A stretch of 64,000 nt of DNA, from NCBI GenBank assembly GCA_038213805.1, contig JBBQSO010000011.1, forward strand, positions 1 to 64,000, written 5' to 3'. The position numbers and the translations under genes are program-made. This document shows, in pieces, positions 10,771 to 20,970 of the stretch; positions within the stretch are counted from its first letter, which is position 1; every line of letters begins with the position of its first letter. The stretch comes from Planctomycetota bacterium. GTDB taxonomy: Bacteria; Planctomycetota; UBA11346. Below the pieces are notes generated by a model. The model was not told the origin of the DNA, did not search any database, and saw nothing but the letters and a program-made list of their open reading frames with translations.

Positions 10771-12282
10771 TCATACGCCCGGATCCTCCGCCACCTGTGC
10801 ATCTGCTGCTGAGACCGCCGGCGTATCCGTGACCATTCCGGTGCGGTCCTCGACGTCATGGGTCTCGGTGCCGATGAATTCCAGCGCCAGCATGGTGGCG
10901 TCGTCCTGCAGCGCGCCGCCGGCGTAGCGTTTGACGTCGGCAGCAACGCGTGCGACGGTCGTGGCCAGGGCGACGTCGAGCAGGGCGACCAGCATACCCA
11001 TTAGGCGCGGCTCGCCATATTGGGTGCCGGCGCGGTCGACCGCCTCGCTCAGCCCGTCGCTGGTGAAGACCACGCGATCGCCGGGGGCGAGCGTCACGGT
11101 TACCGGGCTGAGGCTGCGACGGAAGTCCGTCTGGTCGCGTACGCCCAGCGCCGCCCCCGGTTCGCCGATACGTTCCAGCACGCTGCGTCCGTGGCTGAGG
11201 CGCAGCGCCTGATGGTGCCCGGCGCGCAGCACGGTGAACTGGTCCCCATCCAGCACGCCGGCGATCATGGTCACGAACTGACCAGGGCGTAGGTCGCGGC
11301 GCAGGTCGTCGTTCAGCAGGGTCAGGATGTCGGCCGGATCATCATGCTCGCGCAGGATGAAGCGCAGCGCCTTGAGCGTCGCCAGCGCCACCATGGCACC
11401 CTGCGCGCCGTGGCCCGAGACATCGCCGAGGGCGATGAACGAACGCCCGTCGATCAGCTGCGCGCATTCGTAGAAGTCGCCGCCGACGGCGCTGAACGGT
11501 TCGTAGAAGGTCGCCAGCGCGCAGCCCGGCAGGGTCGGGCGCGCGGGCAGCATACGCGCGAACACCTGGCGCGCCTGGGCGAGGCCCTGCGCGCGGATGG
11601 CGTGGCGGTCGGCGATGCGCTCGATCGGGCGCTCCACCAACCGCTCCTGACCGGTCGACTCGTCGACGACGATGGCGTCGACACGCGTGGTGATGGTGGT
11701 GGGCGGGTCGACCGTCGCCGGCAGCACCGCGGCGCGCGCGACCGGCGGAGCCAGACGCTGCTGGCGGGCTTGGCGCATCACCTCGTCAAGGCGGGTGGCG
11801 ACAGTGATCGGCATCTGGCGCAGGCCCGGGCTGTGCGCCAGGGCGGTGGCCATCTCTTCGACGACCTGGGGGGTGATCAGATCGGCGCGCGTCGGCAGAG
11901 CGACCCAGGCCGCGGTGAAGGGGTTCAGCCAGCGGCCGTCCGGTCCGAACAAACGCAGGCGCGACTCGCCTTCGAGATGCTCGGCCAAGTAGAGTCGCCA
12001 GCGCAGGCGATGGAGATCGGCGACCGGGGCCGGCTTACCATGCGTCCATGGCTCGTTGGCGAGCAGGTAGGCCTTGGCCGGGTCGAGGTAGCCCAAAGGG
12101 GCGGCGATGCGCATGCCGGTATACGGGTCGAGCCACGCCAGCCCATCGACCGTCAGGACGCGGAAAGCCGGGTCATTGAGGAGCAGGGCGGTGACGCGCT
12201 CGGCAGGAGTCGGCTCGAGGACGACCGCTTGGTCATCATCCGGTGCATCCAGGTTCGCAGATGTGCCAAAGGGTGGGAACAT
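10771..12282 (-). CDS. SpoIIE/RsbU-type PP2C phosphatase with unknown N-terminal domain
   Basis: VGGDFY, GDVSGHG, TSDGLSE, QDDAT motifs; start uncertain. Confidence 0.85.
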   Translation of the reverse strand: MFPPFGTSANLDAPDDDQAVVLEPTPAERVTALLLNDPAFRVLTVDGLAWLDPYTGMRIAAPLGYLDPAKAYLLANEPWTHGKPAPVADLHRLRWRLYLAEHLEGESRLRLFGPDGRWLNPFTAAWVALPTRADLITPQVVEEMATALAHSPGLRQMPITVATRLDEVMRQARQQRLAPPVARAAVLPATVDPPTTITTRVDAIVVDESTGQERLVERPIERIADRHAIRAQGLAQARQVFARMLPARPTLPGCALATFYEPFSAVGGDFYECAQLIDGRSFIALGDVSGHGAQGAMVALATLKALRFILREHDDPADILTLLNDDLRRDLRPGQFVTMIAGVLDGDQFTVLRAGHHQALRLSHGRSVLERIGEPGAALGVRDQTDFRRSLSPVTVTLAPGDRVVFTSDGLSEAVDRAGTQYGEPRLMGMLVALLDVALATTVARVAADVKRYAGGALQDDATMLALEFIGTETHDVEDRTGMVTDTPAVSAADAQVAEDPGV

Positions 12283-12732
12283 GCCGTTCGGTATCCGCGA
12301 GCGGGGTTCGATGCGGGATGATGGCAGCCATCTACCAGGGGCAAGCGACATGAATGCGGTGTCGCGTTGCAGAAGGGGGGAGAGCGGGTGGCGGCAGAGG
12401 CGAAGGGAGCGAGGCCTGCAATCAGCAGGTGGGACGACCGACGTGGCACTAGGAACGAGGCAGGAAAGGGATGCTGAGTAGCAGGGGGATATGGGAATCA
12501 GGGGAGGGGTCGGTGAAATCGCCGGCTGATCAAAGAGATACGGCTGGGCGGGGAGAGGATGCGGAAGGGGAATTCACGAAGATGAGCACGCCGGCGGGTG
12601 TTGCCCGATCACCTTGATTTTGATGCCTACCCCGAACCCACGATCTCGCTCCCTTCCGCCCTCTGCCGTCCCCTACCTCCTGCCACCCGTTCCCTCTTCC
12701 TCCCTGCGCGCTCCCGCGCATCATCCCGCGCC

Positions 12733-13698
12733 ATGATCAGACGCATGCTCGGCTCGACGGACCTGCTCATCTCCGCGGTCGGCTTCGGGGCCTTCGCGGC
12801 GGGGGGATGGATGTGGGGGGACCAGGACGACGCGCAGACCGCGGCGGCCATCCACGCGGCCATCGAAAGCGGAGTGAACTGGATCGACAGCGCCCCGATC
12901 TATGGATCAGGCAAGGCCGACGCCGCCATCGCCAAGGCGGTGCGCGGGTTGTCGGCGGCGCAGCGACCGCTGATCTTCACCAAGTTCGGCCACCATCTGG
13001 TCGACGGGAAGCGCGTCTCGTCGGCGACGCGGGCAGAGGTCATCCGCGACTGCGACTACGCGCTGCAGGCTTTCGGGGTGGACCGCATCGATCTCTTCCA
13101 GCTGCATTGGCCTACGCCGGTTCCAGTCGCCGAGACCGCGGCCGCCTGCGCCGAATTGCTGCAGGCGGGAAAGATCCGCGCGATCGGCGTCTCGAATTTC
13201 TCGCATGCCCAGCTCGAGGAATGGCACGCCACCGGCGCGCCGCTGCACGCTGTACAGAACCCCTACAGCATCTTCCGCACCGAGGTCGAGCGCGACGTGC
13301 TGCCGTGGTGCGCGCAGCACGGCGTCGGATTCCTCGCCTACTCGCCACTGCAGCGCGGCCTGCTCTTCGGCCACTGGCCGCGTGACAAGGCCTTCCCCCC
13401 CAGCGACCACCGCAGCGAGCGCCCGGACTACCGCGGCAAGCGCCTGCAGCGCTTCCTCGACGCCGTCGACGAGCTCAAAGTCCTCGCCGCCACCGACGAC
13501 CAGACCTGCGCCGAATTGGCGATCGGCTCGTTGATGTGCCACGAGGGCGTGACCGCCTGCATCGTCGGCGCACGCACCGCGGAGCAGGGGTCCTTCCTCG
13601 GCACGCTGGGGATGCCGGCGAAGGCGGGGCAGTTGGCGAAGGTCGATGAGGTAGTCGCGCGGTTGCAGGCGGATCTTCTCGTCATCGGCGAGGCCTAG
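12733..13698 (+). CDS. Aldo/keto reductase
   Basis: NWIDSAPIYG, IDLFQLHWP, GKIRAIGVSNF, AYSPLQRGLL. Confidence 0.92.
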   Translation: MIRRMLGSTDLLISAVGFGAFAAGGWMWGDQDDAQTAAAIHAAIESGVNWIDSAPIYGSGKADAAIAKAVRGLSAAQRPLIFTKFGHHLVDGKRVSSATRAEVIRDCDYALQAFGVDRIDLFQLHWPTPVPVAETAAACAELLQAGKIRAIGVSNFSHAQLEEWHATGAPLHAVQNPYSIFRTEVERDVLPWCAQHGVGFLAYSPLQRGLLFGHWPRDKAFPPSDHRSERPDYRGKRLQRFLDAVDELKVLAATDDQTCAELAIGSLMCHEGVTACIVGARTAEQGSFLGTLGMPAKAGQLAKVDEVVARLQADLLVIGEA

Positions 13699-13889
13699 TC
13701 CGCCCAGCAGGCGCAGCGTCGCAGCGCAGAACCGGACAACCGTCAGTCTACGCCACCTGCGCCGACTCGACCGTGTCGTGATGCGCGCCGCCAGGTCGCC
13801 ACGGGTCGGGGGGGACCTGGCGCATGCGGTTCCGCGGGCGCACCAGGTCCACGACCGCGACTGCGCTGCTGCAGATGTCGGCGACCGGC

Positions 13890-14990
13890 CTATCCTTGGC
13901 GTCTTGGCGTCGTGGCGGCTGCAGTCACCGGAGTCTCGGAAGTCGCTGCAGGTTTCGCGCCCCAGCGCGCCGCCCGCCAATCCTGCCGCCCCTTGTCGTT
14001 GAGAAAGCTCCACGCGATGATGCGGCTGCGCTTCTGCCCATGCACCATCTCGATGACGCGGCGTTCACGCACGTGCGCGCCGCGCAGGGCGCGGATCAGG
14101 GCGGGCAGGCTGGCCTCCTTGGAGACCAGCGAGGTGTACCACAGGCAGAGGTTGTGGCGCTTGGCGCTCTCGGTGATGAGGCGGCCGATGAAGCCGACCT
14201 CGCCGCCCGCGCACCACAGCTCTGAGGCCTGGCCACCGAAGTTCAGCACCGGGGCTTCGCGGCTGTCCTTGGCCGGACCCGGTTTGCCGAGGTTGCGCCA
14301 CTTGCGCCGCGTGCCGGCCTGGGCCTCCGCAGCCGAGGCGTGGAAGGGCGGGTTGCACAGCGTCACGTCGTAGCGCTCGCCCTCCTTCACCACGCCGGCG
14401 AGGATCGACTCCGGCGCGGCCTGCTTGCGCAGCGCGATCACCTTGGCGAGCGCGGGGTTGGCGCGCAGGGTGCGCTGCGCCGCGGCGAGCGCCTCGTCGT
14501 TGCTCTCGCTGCCGACGAAGCTCCAGCCGTACTCGCGGTGGCCGATCAGCGGGTAGATGCAGCTCGCGCCGACGCCAAGGTCGAGCACGGTGATGCCTGC
14601 GCCGCGCGGGATGGCCCCATCGTTGCCGGCGGCGAGCAGGTCGGCGACGTGGTGCAGGTACTCGGCGCGGCCCGGGATCGGAGGGCACAGGAAGCCCGCC
14701 GGCAGGTCCCAGCCGCGCACGCCGTAATCGCTGAGCAGGATCGCCTGGTTGAGGGTCTTCACCGCCGGCGCCTTGGCGAAATCGATCGACTCATCGCCGT
14801 AGGGGTTGATCTTCACGTAGCGGGCCAGACCCGGCAGCGCGGCGATCAGCTTGGGGAAATCGTAGCGCTCGCGGTGGCGGTTGCGCGGGTGCAGGCCGGC
14901 CTTGGTGTCGGGCCGCGCGGCGGCGGGGAGCGCCTTCTTCGCAGGGGGCTTGGCGGAGCGGGTCTTGGCGGGAGGTTTGCGAGTGCTCAT
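13890..14990 (-). CDS. rlmF: 23S rRNA (adenine-1618-N6)-methyltransferase RlmF
   Basis: LHPRNRH, LCPPIPGRAEY, LDLGVGASCIYPL, CNPPF, NFGG..ELWC.GGE, WYTSLVSK. Confidence 0.92.
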   Translation of the reverse strand: MSTRKPPAKTRSAKPPAKKALPAAARPDTKAGLHPRNRHRERYDFPKLIAALPGLARYVKINPYGDESIDFAKAPAVKTLNQAILLSDYGVRGWDLPAGFLCPPIPGRAEYLHHVADLLAAGNDGAIPRGAGITVLDLGVGASCIYPLIGHREYGWSFVGSESNDEALAAAQRTLRANPALAKVIALRKQAAPESILAGVVKEGERYDVTLCNPPFHASAAEAQAGTRRKWRNLGKPGPAKDSREAPVLNFGGQASELWCAGGEVGFIGRLITESAKRHNLCLWYTSLVSKEASLPALIRALRGAHVRERRVIEMVHGQKRSRIIAWSFLNDKGRQDWRAARWGAKPAATSETPVTAAATTPRRQG

Positions 14991-15058
14991 GGGGCCCGAT
15001 CCGCTGGTGAGCCGGCACTGTAGCGGTGGTGCGGCCCGAGCCTAGTCCAGGCGCTGCT

Positions 15059-15337
15059 TCAGTTGTGCGGCAGGCTCAGCGCCAGCGCGCGCGCCAGGTA
15101 GATGCCGCAGGGCAGGATCCACAGCGTCTGCAGCCGGCGTTGCGGGTAGGCGATCAGGCCGGCGCCGAGCGAGAGCGCGCTGCAGATGCCGAAGTTCCAC
15201 TGCACGACCTGCAGGTGCAGCGGCTGCCACGGCGACGAGGGCGGGACCAGGCTCATGACCACCAGGTCGAGGAGCTGCACGATGCCCATCGTCACGAAAG
15301 CGCCGAGGGAGAAGAGGAACCAGCGCTGCTTGTCCAT
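15059..15337 (-). CDS. Small hypothetical membrane protein (about 3 TM)
   Basis: 92-aa hydrophobic ORF filling the gap between pnp and rlmF. Confidence 0.6.
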   Translation of the reverse strand: MDKQRWFLFSLGAFVTMGIVQLLDLVVMSLVPPSSPWQPLHLQVVQWNFGICSALSLGAGLIAYPQRRLQTLWILPCGIYLARALALSLPHN

Positions 15338-15371
15338 GGCAGGAACCTAGGTGATGGCTGACGGCCACCAA

Positions 15372-15407
15372 CGCGAAACCCCACGGCGTGGGCCGTGGGG
15401 TTTCGCG
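15372..15407 (-). terminator. Stem-loop downstream of pnp
   Basis: Perfect 16-bp stem CGCGAAACCCCACGGC/GCCGTGGGGTTTCGCG with a 4-nt loop; short U tail. Confidence 0.75.
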
Positions 15408-15433
15408 AGCGATCCCTGGGATCCTCCGGGCGC

Positions 15434-17680
15434 TTAGCGTCCGAAGCCTTCGCGGCGCTGCGGCGGGCCGTCGCGGCGCGGGCCGCGGTCGTCGCGGCGC
15501 GGGCCGCGATCGCCACCCTGGTCGTCGCCGCCCTGGGCGGCGCGCTCGGCGCGGCGTGCCTTGCTCTCGGCGCTCTCCTCGATCAGAGCCTTGCGGCTGA
15601 GGCGGAACTTGCCGGTGCGCTGGTCGACCTCGATGAGCTTGACCTGCAGCTTGTCGCCGGCCTTGGCCACCGATTCCATGTTGTCGATGCGCTGATGGTC
15701 CCACTCGCTGACGTGGACCAGGCCCTCGGTGCCCGGGATGAACTCGACGAACGCGCCGAAGTCCTTCACGGCGGCGACCGTGCCGCTGTAGATGCGGCCG
15801 ACCTCGGGGAGTTCGGTCAGGTCGCTGATCCAGGTCTTGGCCTTCTCGATCGAGATCAGGTCGGGCGAGGCGATGGTGATGATGCCGTCGTCGTCGACGT
15901 TGATCTTGGCGCCGGTCTCCTCCTGGATGCGGCGGATGGTCTCGCCGCCCTTGCCGATGATCTTGCCGATCAGCTCGGGGTCGATCTGCACCTGGACGAT
16001 CTGCGGAGCGAAGCGTGAGAGCTGGCCGCGCGGGGTCTGGATGGCGGTGGCCATCTTGGCGAGGATATGCAGCCGGCCTTCGCGCGCCTGCGCCAGGGCC
16101 TTGGCCATCAGCGCGGTGCTGATGCCGGCGATCTTGATGTCCATCTGCAGGGCGGTGACGCCCTTCTCGGTGCCGCAGACCTTGAAGTCCATGTCGCCGT
16201 AGTGGTCTTCGTCGCCGAGGATGTCGGTGAGGATGGCGAAGCGCTCGCCCTCTTTGACCAGGCCCATGGCGATGCCCGCGACCGGCGCGGTGATCGGCAC
16301 GCCGGCGGCCATCATGGCCATCGAGCCGCCGCACACGGTGGCCATCGAGGACGAACCGTTGGACTCGGTGATCTCGCTGACCAGGCGGATGGCGTAGGGG
16401 AACGCCTCCTGCTTGGGCAGCACGGCGAGCAGCGCGCGGCGCGCCAGGGCGCCGTGGCCGATCTCGCGGCGACCGGGCGAGCCGCGCTTTTCGACTTCGC
16501 CGACCGAGAAGCCGGGGAAGTTGTAGTGGAGCAGGAAGCGCTCGTTGTACTTGGGCTTCAGCGAGTCGACCATCTGCTCGTCCTCGGCGGTGCCGAGGGT
16601 GCAGACCAGCAGACCCTGGGTCTCGCCGCGGGTGAAGATCGCCGAGCCATGGGCGCGCGGCAGCACGTCGAGGTCGAGCACGATCGGGCGCACCGTGGTC
16701 AGGTCGCGGCCGTCGACGCGCTTGCCGTCAAGGATGAGGTCGCGGAAGACCACGTCCTTGGCGTCGCCGAAGGCGGCCTTGACCTGCACGGCCACATCGG
16801 CCTCGCCCGCGGACAGGCGGGTGATGATGGCGTCGCGGCAGGCCTTGACGCTGGACGAGCGCTGCGCCTTGTTGGCGATCAGCAGGGCCTTGGCGATGTC
16901 CTCGCGCGACTCCTTGAGGATGGTCGCGACCCACGGGCTCTGCTCGGGCTCCTGGAAGGCCATCTTGGGCTTGCCGACCTTGGCGCGCAGCTGCTCGATG
17001 GCGGCGACGATCAGCTTGATCTGGCGGTGGGCGAGCTCGAGGGCCTCGACCAGCCTGGCCTCGACGATTTCGAGGGCGCCGCACTCGACCATGGTGATCG
17101 CGTCCTTGGTGCCGGCGACGACCAGGTCGAGGCTGCTCAGGGGGCGCTGGCTGGCGAGCGGGTTGATGATGAACTGGTCGTCGATCATGCCGATGCGCAC
17201 CGCGCCGATCGGGCCGTTGAAGGGGATCGGCGAGATGGTCAGGGCGCACGACAGGCCGATCATCGAGAGGATGTCGGCCTCGTTCTCCTGGTCGAAGCTG
17301 ATGACCATCGACTGGCACGAGGTGTCGCGCTTGTAGCCATTGGGGAAGAGCGGGCGCAGCGGGCGGTCGGTGAGGCGCGAGATCAGGGTCTCGTGGTCGC
17401 CGGGGCGGGCCTCGCGGCGGAAGAAGTTGCCGGGGATGCGGCCGGCGGCGTAGTGCTTCTCGCGGTAGTCGACGGTCAGCGGGAAGAAGTCCAGGCCGGG
17501 GCGAGGATCGCCGTCGCAGGCGGTCGACAGCACCATGGTCTCGCCGGCGCGCACGACCACCGAACCGGCGGCCTGCTTGGCGAGGTAGCCGGTCTCGATG
17601 GTGATGATCTTGCCGCCGAGTTCGATCTCGACGGAATGCTTCTGCATGTTGAGGGCGGCGAGGGAGGCTTCGCGATCCAT
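15434..17680 (-). CDS. pnp: Polyribonucleotide nucleotidyltransferase (PNPase)
   Basis: [38 protein letters not shown] and S1 domains; follows rpsO; alternative start 17647. Confidence 0.97.
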   Translation of the reverse strand: MDREASLAALNMQKHSVEIELGGKIITIETGYLAKQAAGSVVVRAGETMVLSTACDGDPRPGLDFFPLTVDYREKHYAAGRIPGNFFRREARPGDHETLISRLTDRPLRPLFPNGYKRDTSCQSMVISFDQENEADILSMIGLSCALTISPIPFNGPIGAVRIGMIDDQFIINPLASQRPLSSLDLVVAGTKDAITMVECGALEIVEARLVEALELAHRQIKLIVAAIEQLRAKVGKPKMAFQEPEQSPWVATILKESREDIAKALLIANKAQRSSSVKACRDAIITRLSAGEADVAVQVKAAFGDAKDVVFRDLILDGKRVDGRDLTTVRPIVLDLDVLPRAHGSAIFTRGETQGLLVCTLGTAEDEQMVDSLKPKYNERFLLHYNFPGFSVGEVEKRGSPGRREIGHGALARRALLAVLPKQEAFPYAIRLVSEITESNGSSSMATVCGGSMAMMAAGVPITAPVAGIAMGLVKEGERFAILTDILGDEDHYGDMDFKVCGTEKGVTALQMDIKIAGISTALMAKALAQAREGRLHILAKMATAIQTPRGQLSRFAPQIVQVQIDPELIGKIIGKGGETIRRIQEETGAKINVDDDGIITIASPDLISIEKAKTWISDLTELPEVGRIYSGTVAAVKDFGAFVEFIPGTEGLVHVSEWDHQRIDNMESVAKAGDKLQVKLIEVDQRTGKFRLSRKALIEESAESKARRAERAAQGGDDQGGDRGPRRDDRGPRRDGPPQRREGFGR

Positions 17681-17869
17681 GGGGTCCTTTGCTGGTGCGC
17701 CGGCGTCTGGCCGGAGCGTCCGGATGGTTCCGGGGTTCAGCCGCATCCAGGTCGCCTGTCCATAGCGGGGTCGACGGTGTCGGCCGCGGTATGGAGAGGC
17801 AGCGTCTGGAGGTCGGCGGGAGGGAGGATGGTGCGCCGAGGGCGGTCCCGGCGCTCTGCCGGGTCCACC

Positions 17870-17906
17870 AAGAAAAGCGGGCAGCGTCCGGAGGACGCTG
17901 CCCGCT
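17870..17906 (-). terminator. Intrinsic terminator after rpsO
   Basis: Perfect 14-bp stem (17876-17889/17893-17906) followed by TTTCTT on the minus strand. Confidence 0.85.
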
Positions 17907-17915
17907 CGGGGACGG

Positions 17916-18203
17916 TCAGAGCTTCTGGCGGATGCCGAGCTTGTCGGCGAGCGCACGGTACTGGTTGACGTCGGTCTTGTTGATGTACTTGAGCAGCTTG
18001 GAGCGCTTGGCGACCATCAGCAGCAGGCCGCGCCGGCTGTGGTGGTCCTTCTTGTGGCCCTTGAGGTGCTCGGTCAGATGAGTGATGCGCTCGGAGAGCA
18101 GGGCGACCTGGACAGCGGCCGAGCCGGTGTTCTTGTCGGTGCCGCCGAAATCCTTGATGAGTTCGGCTTTACGCTCTTTGGAGACAGTCGTGGTCGTGGT
18201 CAT
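17916..18203 (-). CDS. rpsO: 30S ribosomal protein S15
   Basis: [35 protein letters not shown]. Confidence 0.98.
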   Translation of the reverse strand: MTTTTTVSKERKAELIKDFGGTDKNTGSAAVQVALLSERITHLTEHLKGHKKDHHSRRGLLLMVAKRSKLLKYINKTDVNQYRALADKLGIRQKL

Positions 18204-18365
18204 GCGCGCCCTTCCGGATGGAGGGTAGATGTTGGAGACCCGGAACGGCGTTCGCGCGATCGCACGCCCGAGTCAATGAAGGGCAGAAACCTAGGGTCTG
18301 CGGGCGGGGATACAAGGCTCGTCCGCGGCGACCGGTAGGGGGCGTACCCGTGGTGTTTCCCGGGT

Positions 18366-19034
18366 TCAATGGACCGCAGGCGGGTGTTCGGTGGGTCCCT
18401 CGCCGGGAGCTGGATGCTCGTCAGCCGCTGGGGGTGCGCCCTTGCCCCCATGTCCGTGCGCGTGCTCCAGGGTCTCGCCCTTGGGGACCGCGACCACGAT
18501 GTGCGAGCTGCCGGTCGCGAAGAAGCCGATGCCGGTCAGACCCAGGACCAGGCTCAATCCCCAGAACAGGCGCATCTTGGTCAGCACCGCGATGGCGCCG
18601 AACGCGATCGCCACCTGGAACAGGGTCACCGCCGTGGCCATGGTCTCGTGGCGCGCGAGGTAGGCCTCGGAATCATCGTGGTAGGCCGCGGCGACCTCGC
18701 GAATGCCATCCATCTCGGTCTTGTAGACGGCGATGCGTCCGGCGTCCTTCTCCGGCACCGGCTTGTCGAAGGCCTTCAGCAGGCTGTCGGTGCTCTCGAC
18801 GATGTTCATCTTCAGGCTCTTGGCCTGGTACTGGCTCCAGCGGTCGGCGCTCTCGATCTGCGCGACCATGGCCTCGTTGGCTTGGCCGCCCGCCATGAGC
18901 GCGGCGAGCGCGGCGAGCGCCGCGAACAGCGCGGTGCTGAGTGCGACGCCCATGTTGAAGCGGTCGGGGGTGTGCGCGGCGTGGTGGTGGATGTGCTCCT
19001 GGGAATTCTCGATGGGCACTTCTGGGGCTTCCAT
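18366..19034 (-). CDS. DUF4337-family membrane protein
   Basis: N-terminal TM, ADRWSQYQAKSLK motif, TLFQVAIA.GAIA C-terminal TMs. Confidence 0.75.
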   Translation of the reverse strand: MEAPEVPIENSQEHIHHHAAHTPDRFNMGVALSTALFAALAALAALMAGGQANEAMVAQIESADRWSQYQAKSLKMNIVESTDSLLKAFDKPVPEKDAGRIAVYKTEMDGIREVAAAYHDDSEAYLARHETMATAVTLFQVAIAFGAIAVLTKMRLFWGLSLVLGLTGIGFFATGSSHIVVAVPKGETLEHAHGHGGKGAPPAADEHPAPGEGPTEHPPAVH

Positions 19035-19116
19035 GGCGGGCTCGCACAGGGGGTGGTTGACGGAGGGGGAGCGCGGAGCATCGCGATGGTGCGCGCAGGG
19101 GAAAGGGGATGGGTGG

Positions 19117-19313
19117 GCTGATAGCTGATAGCTGATAGCTGATAGCTGATGGCGGGATGCGTTTCGTCTCCCAGTGGTCTTCGTTTGGGTCGAACGAAGA
19201 CCATGCACGGTCATGCCTGCTCGACATAGTCGGATGTCCACTGCGGGCTACCGGGTACGAGCCGTCGGCCGTCGGCCATCAGCCATCAGCCATCAGCCAT
19301 TCAACCATCAGCC
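19117..19313. repeat. Inverted heptamer arrays (GCTGATA / GCCATCA) around a ~107-bp core containing a hairpin
   Basis: Left arm 19117-19153, right arm 19261-19313; inner 11-bp stem 19175-19185/19193-19203. Confidence 0.9.
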
Positions 19314-19390
19314 GATGCCCAGCCCCCAGGCCGGCATCAGCCGCCCGCAGCCCGCGGTTGCCCGTGCCTGCCCGCGCCCATAAGCACGCC

Positions 19391-20245
19391 ATGGCCACGT
19401 CCAACACCACCACCACCATCCTGCCGGTCGTGCCGAAGGGCATCCCACCGCTGCAGGTGGGCAAGTACACCTTCAAGAGCCGCCTGCTGGTCGGCACCGG
19501 CAAGTACCCGGACATGGTCAGCATGCAGTGCGCCCTGGTCGAATCCGGCGCTGACGTGGTGACGGTGGCGGTGCGGCGCGCCCAGCTCGGCGACCAGGGG
19601 CAGGGACGCAGCCTGCTCGACTACATCGGCCCGGAATACCAGCTGCTGCCCAACACCGCCGGCTGCTTCACCGCCGAAGACGCGCTGCGCACTGCGCGAC
19701 TCGGTCGCGAGCTGGGCATCAGCGACATGGTCAAGCTCGAGGTCCTTGCCGATCCGCAGACCTTGCTGCCGCACCCGGTGCAGACCCTTGAGGCGACGCG
19801 CATCCTCGCCGCCGAGGGCTTCACCGTGCTGGTCTACACCAGTGACGACCCGGTGCTGGCCAAGGAACTGGAGTCCGCGGGCGCCGCGGCAGTGATGCCG
19901 GCAGGTGCGCCGATCGGCTCGGGCCTGGGCGTGCTCAACCGCAACAGCATGGAGATCATCATCGAGCGCGCGACCGTGCCGATCATCATCGACGCCGGCG
20001 TCGGCACCGCCTCGGACGTCACCATCGCCATGGAGTTGGGCGCGGCCGGAGTGCTGCTCAACACCGGCATCGCGGGCGCGAAGGATCCGGTGCGCATGGC
20101 GCGCGCCATGCGCCACGCCCTGGAGGCCGGCTGGTGGGCCGCCAGCGCCGGACGCATCGCGAAGCGTCGCTACGCCAACGCCAGCTCGCCGGTCGGCGGG
20201 CTGATCGCGCCGGCGGGGCACGCCCACGGGGTGCCGGGCGAATGA
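19391..20245 (+). CDS. thiG: Thiazole synthase
   Basis: [47 protein letters not shown]. Confidence 0.97.
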   Translation: MATSNTTTTILPVVPKGIPPLQVGKYTFKSRLLVGTGKYPDMVSMQCALVESGADVVTVAVRRAQLGDQGQGRSLLDYIGPEYQLLPNTAGCFTAEDALRTARLGRELGISDMVKLEVLADPQTLLPHPVQTLEATRILAAEGFTVLVYTSDDPVLAKELESAGAAAVMPAGAPIGSGLGVLNRNSMEIIIERATVPIIIDAGVGTASDVTIAMELGAAGVLLNTGIAGAKDPVRMARAMRHALEAGWWAASAGRIAKRRYANASSPVGGLIAPAGHAHGVPGE

Positions 20246-20266
20246 ACGCGGAATAGGCGTCAGGAA

Positions 20267-20297
20267 CCTTCCTGGGACCGCGCGCCGCTGGCGCGCA
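20267..20297 (+). repeat. REP-like palindrome, left copy
   Basis: CCTTCCTGGGACCGCGCGCCGCTGGCGCGCA; internal hairpin GCGCGCC-GCT-GGCGCGC. Confidence 0.9.
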
Positions 20298-20305
20298 ATG
20301 CGCTT

Positions 20306-20914
20306 ATGTACTCATCATCACCCTGGCGATCCCGCGGCTACCTGCCTCATTTCGATACGTCCGATGTGTGGCAGGCAATCACCTACCGGCTCGCAGATTC
20401 GCTACCCGCCCATGTGGTTTCGGGTCTCGAGCGTTCTCTGGGCGACATCCCCGAAGAACTACGCAACAGCGAGCGTCGGCGACGCATCGAGAATTGGATC
20501 GATTCAGGGCCGGGCGCATGTTTGCTGCGGCGAACTGATGTGGCACAGATGGTGTTGGACAATTGGCAACGATTCGCTGGAGAGCGTTACGACATCGGTC
20601 CATGGGTGATCATGCCCAATCACGTGCATGTCATGATTCGGGTCAATCCGGGCTGCACGCTGGAAACCATCGTCCGGTCATGGAAGTCCTACACGGCCAA
20701 GCGCATCATGGCGCAATGCGGCTGTGCGGCTCCGATCTGGTGGAACGACTATTGGGACCGATATATCCGAGATGAGAACCATTGGCTGACGACAAAACGT
20801 TATATCGAGGGTAATCCGCTCGCTGCCAGCCTCGTAAAGATGGCCACGGATTGGAGGTGGAGTTCGGCGGCAGTTCCACCACGTTCACAAATCGGGGTGG
20901 CGCTGGAACCGTGA
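20306..20914 (+). mobile_element. REP-associated tyrosine transposase (RAYT, IS200/Y1 HUH family)
   Basis: WRSRGYLPHFD, ITYRLADS, HUH motif IMPNHVH, WKSYTA, YWDRYIR, catalytic Y in YIEGNP; more AT-rich than its neighbours. Confidence 0.9.
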
Positions 20915-20970
20915 AAGATGTTGGGGGTTGGTTAGCGGGATACCTCGTGGATTGCGTGGCGAAAGTGCAG

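Noticed and set aside
19154..19390. TPP riboswitch upstream of thiG
   Set aside because: The conserved CTGAGA and CCTGA...GCG.AGG core motifs were not found.
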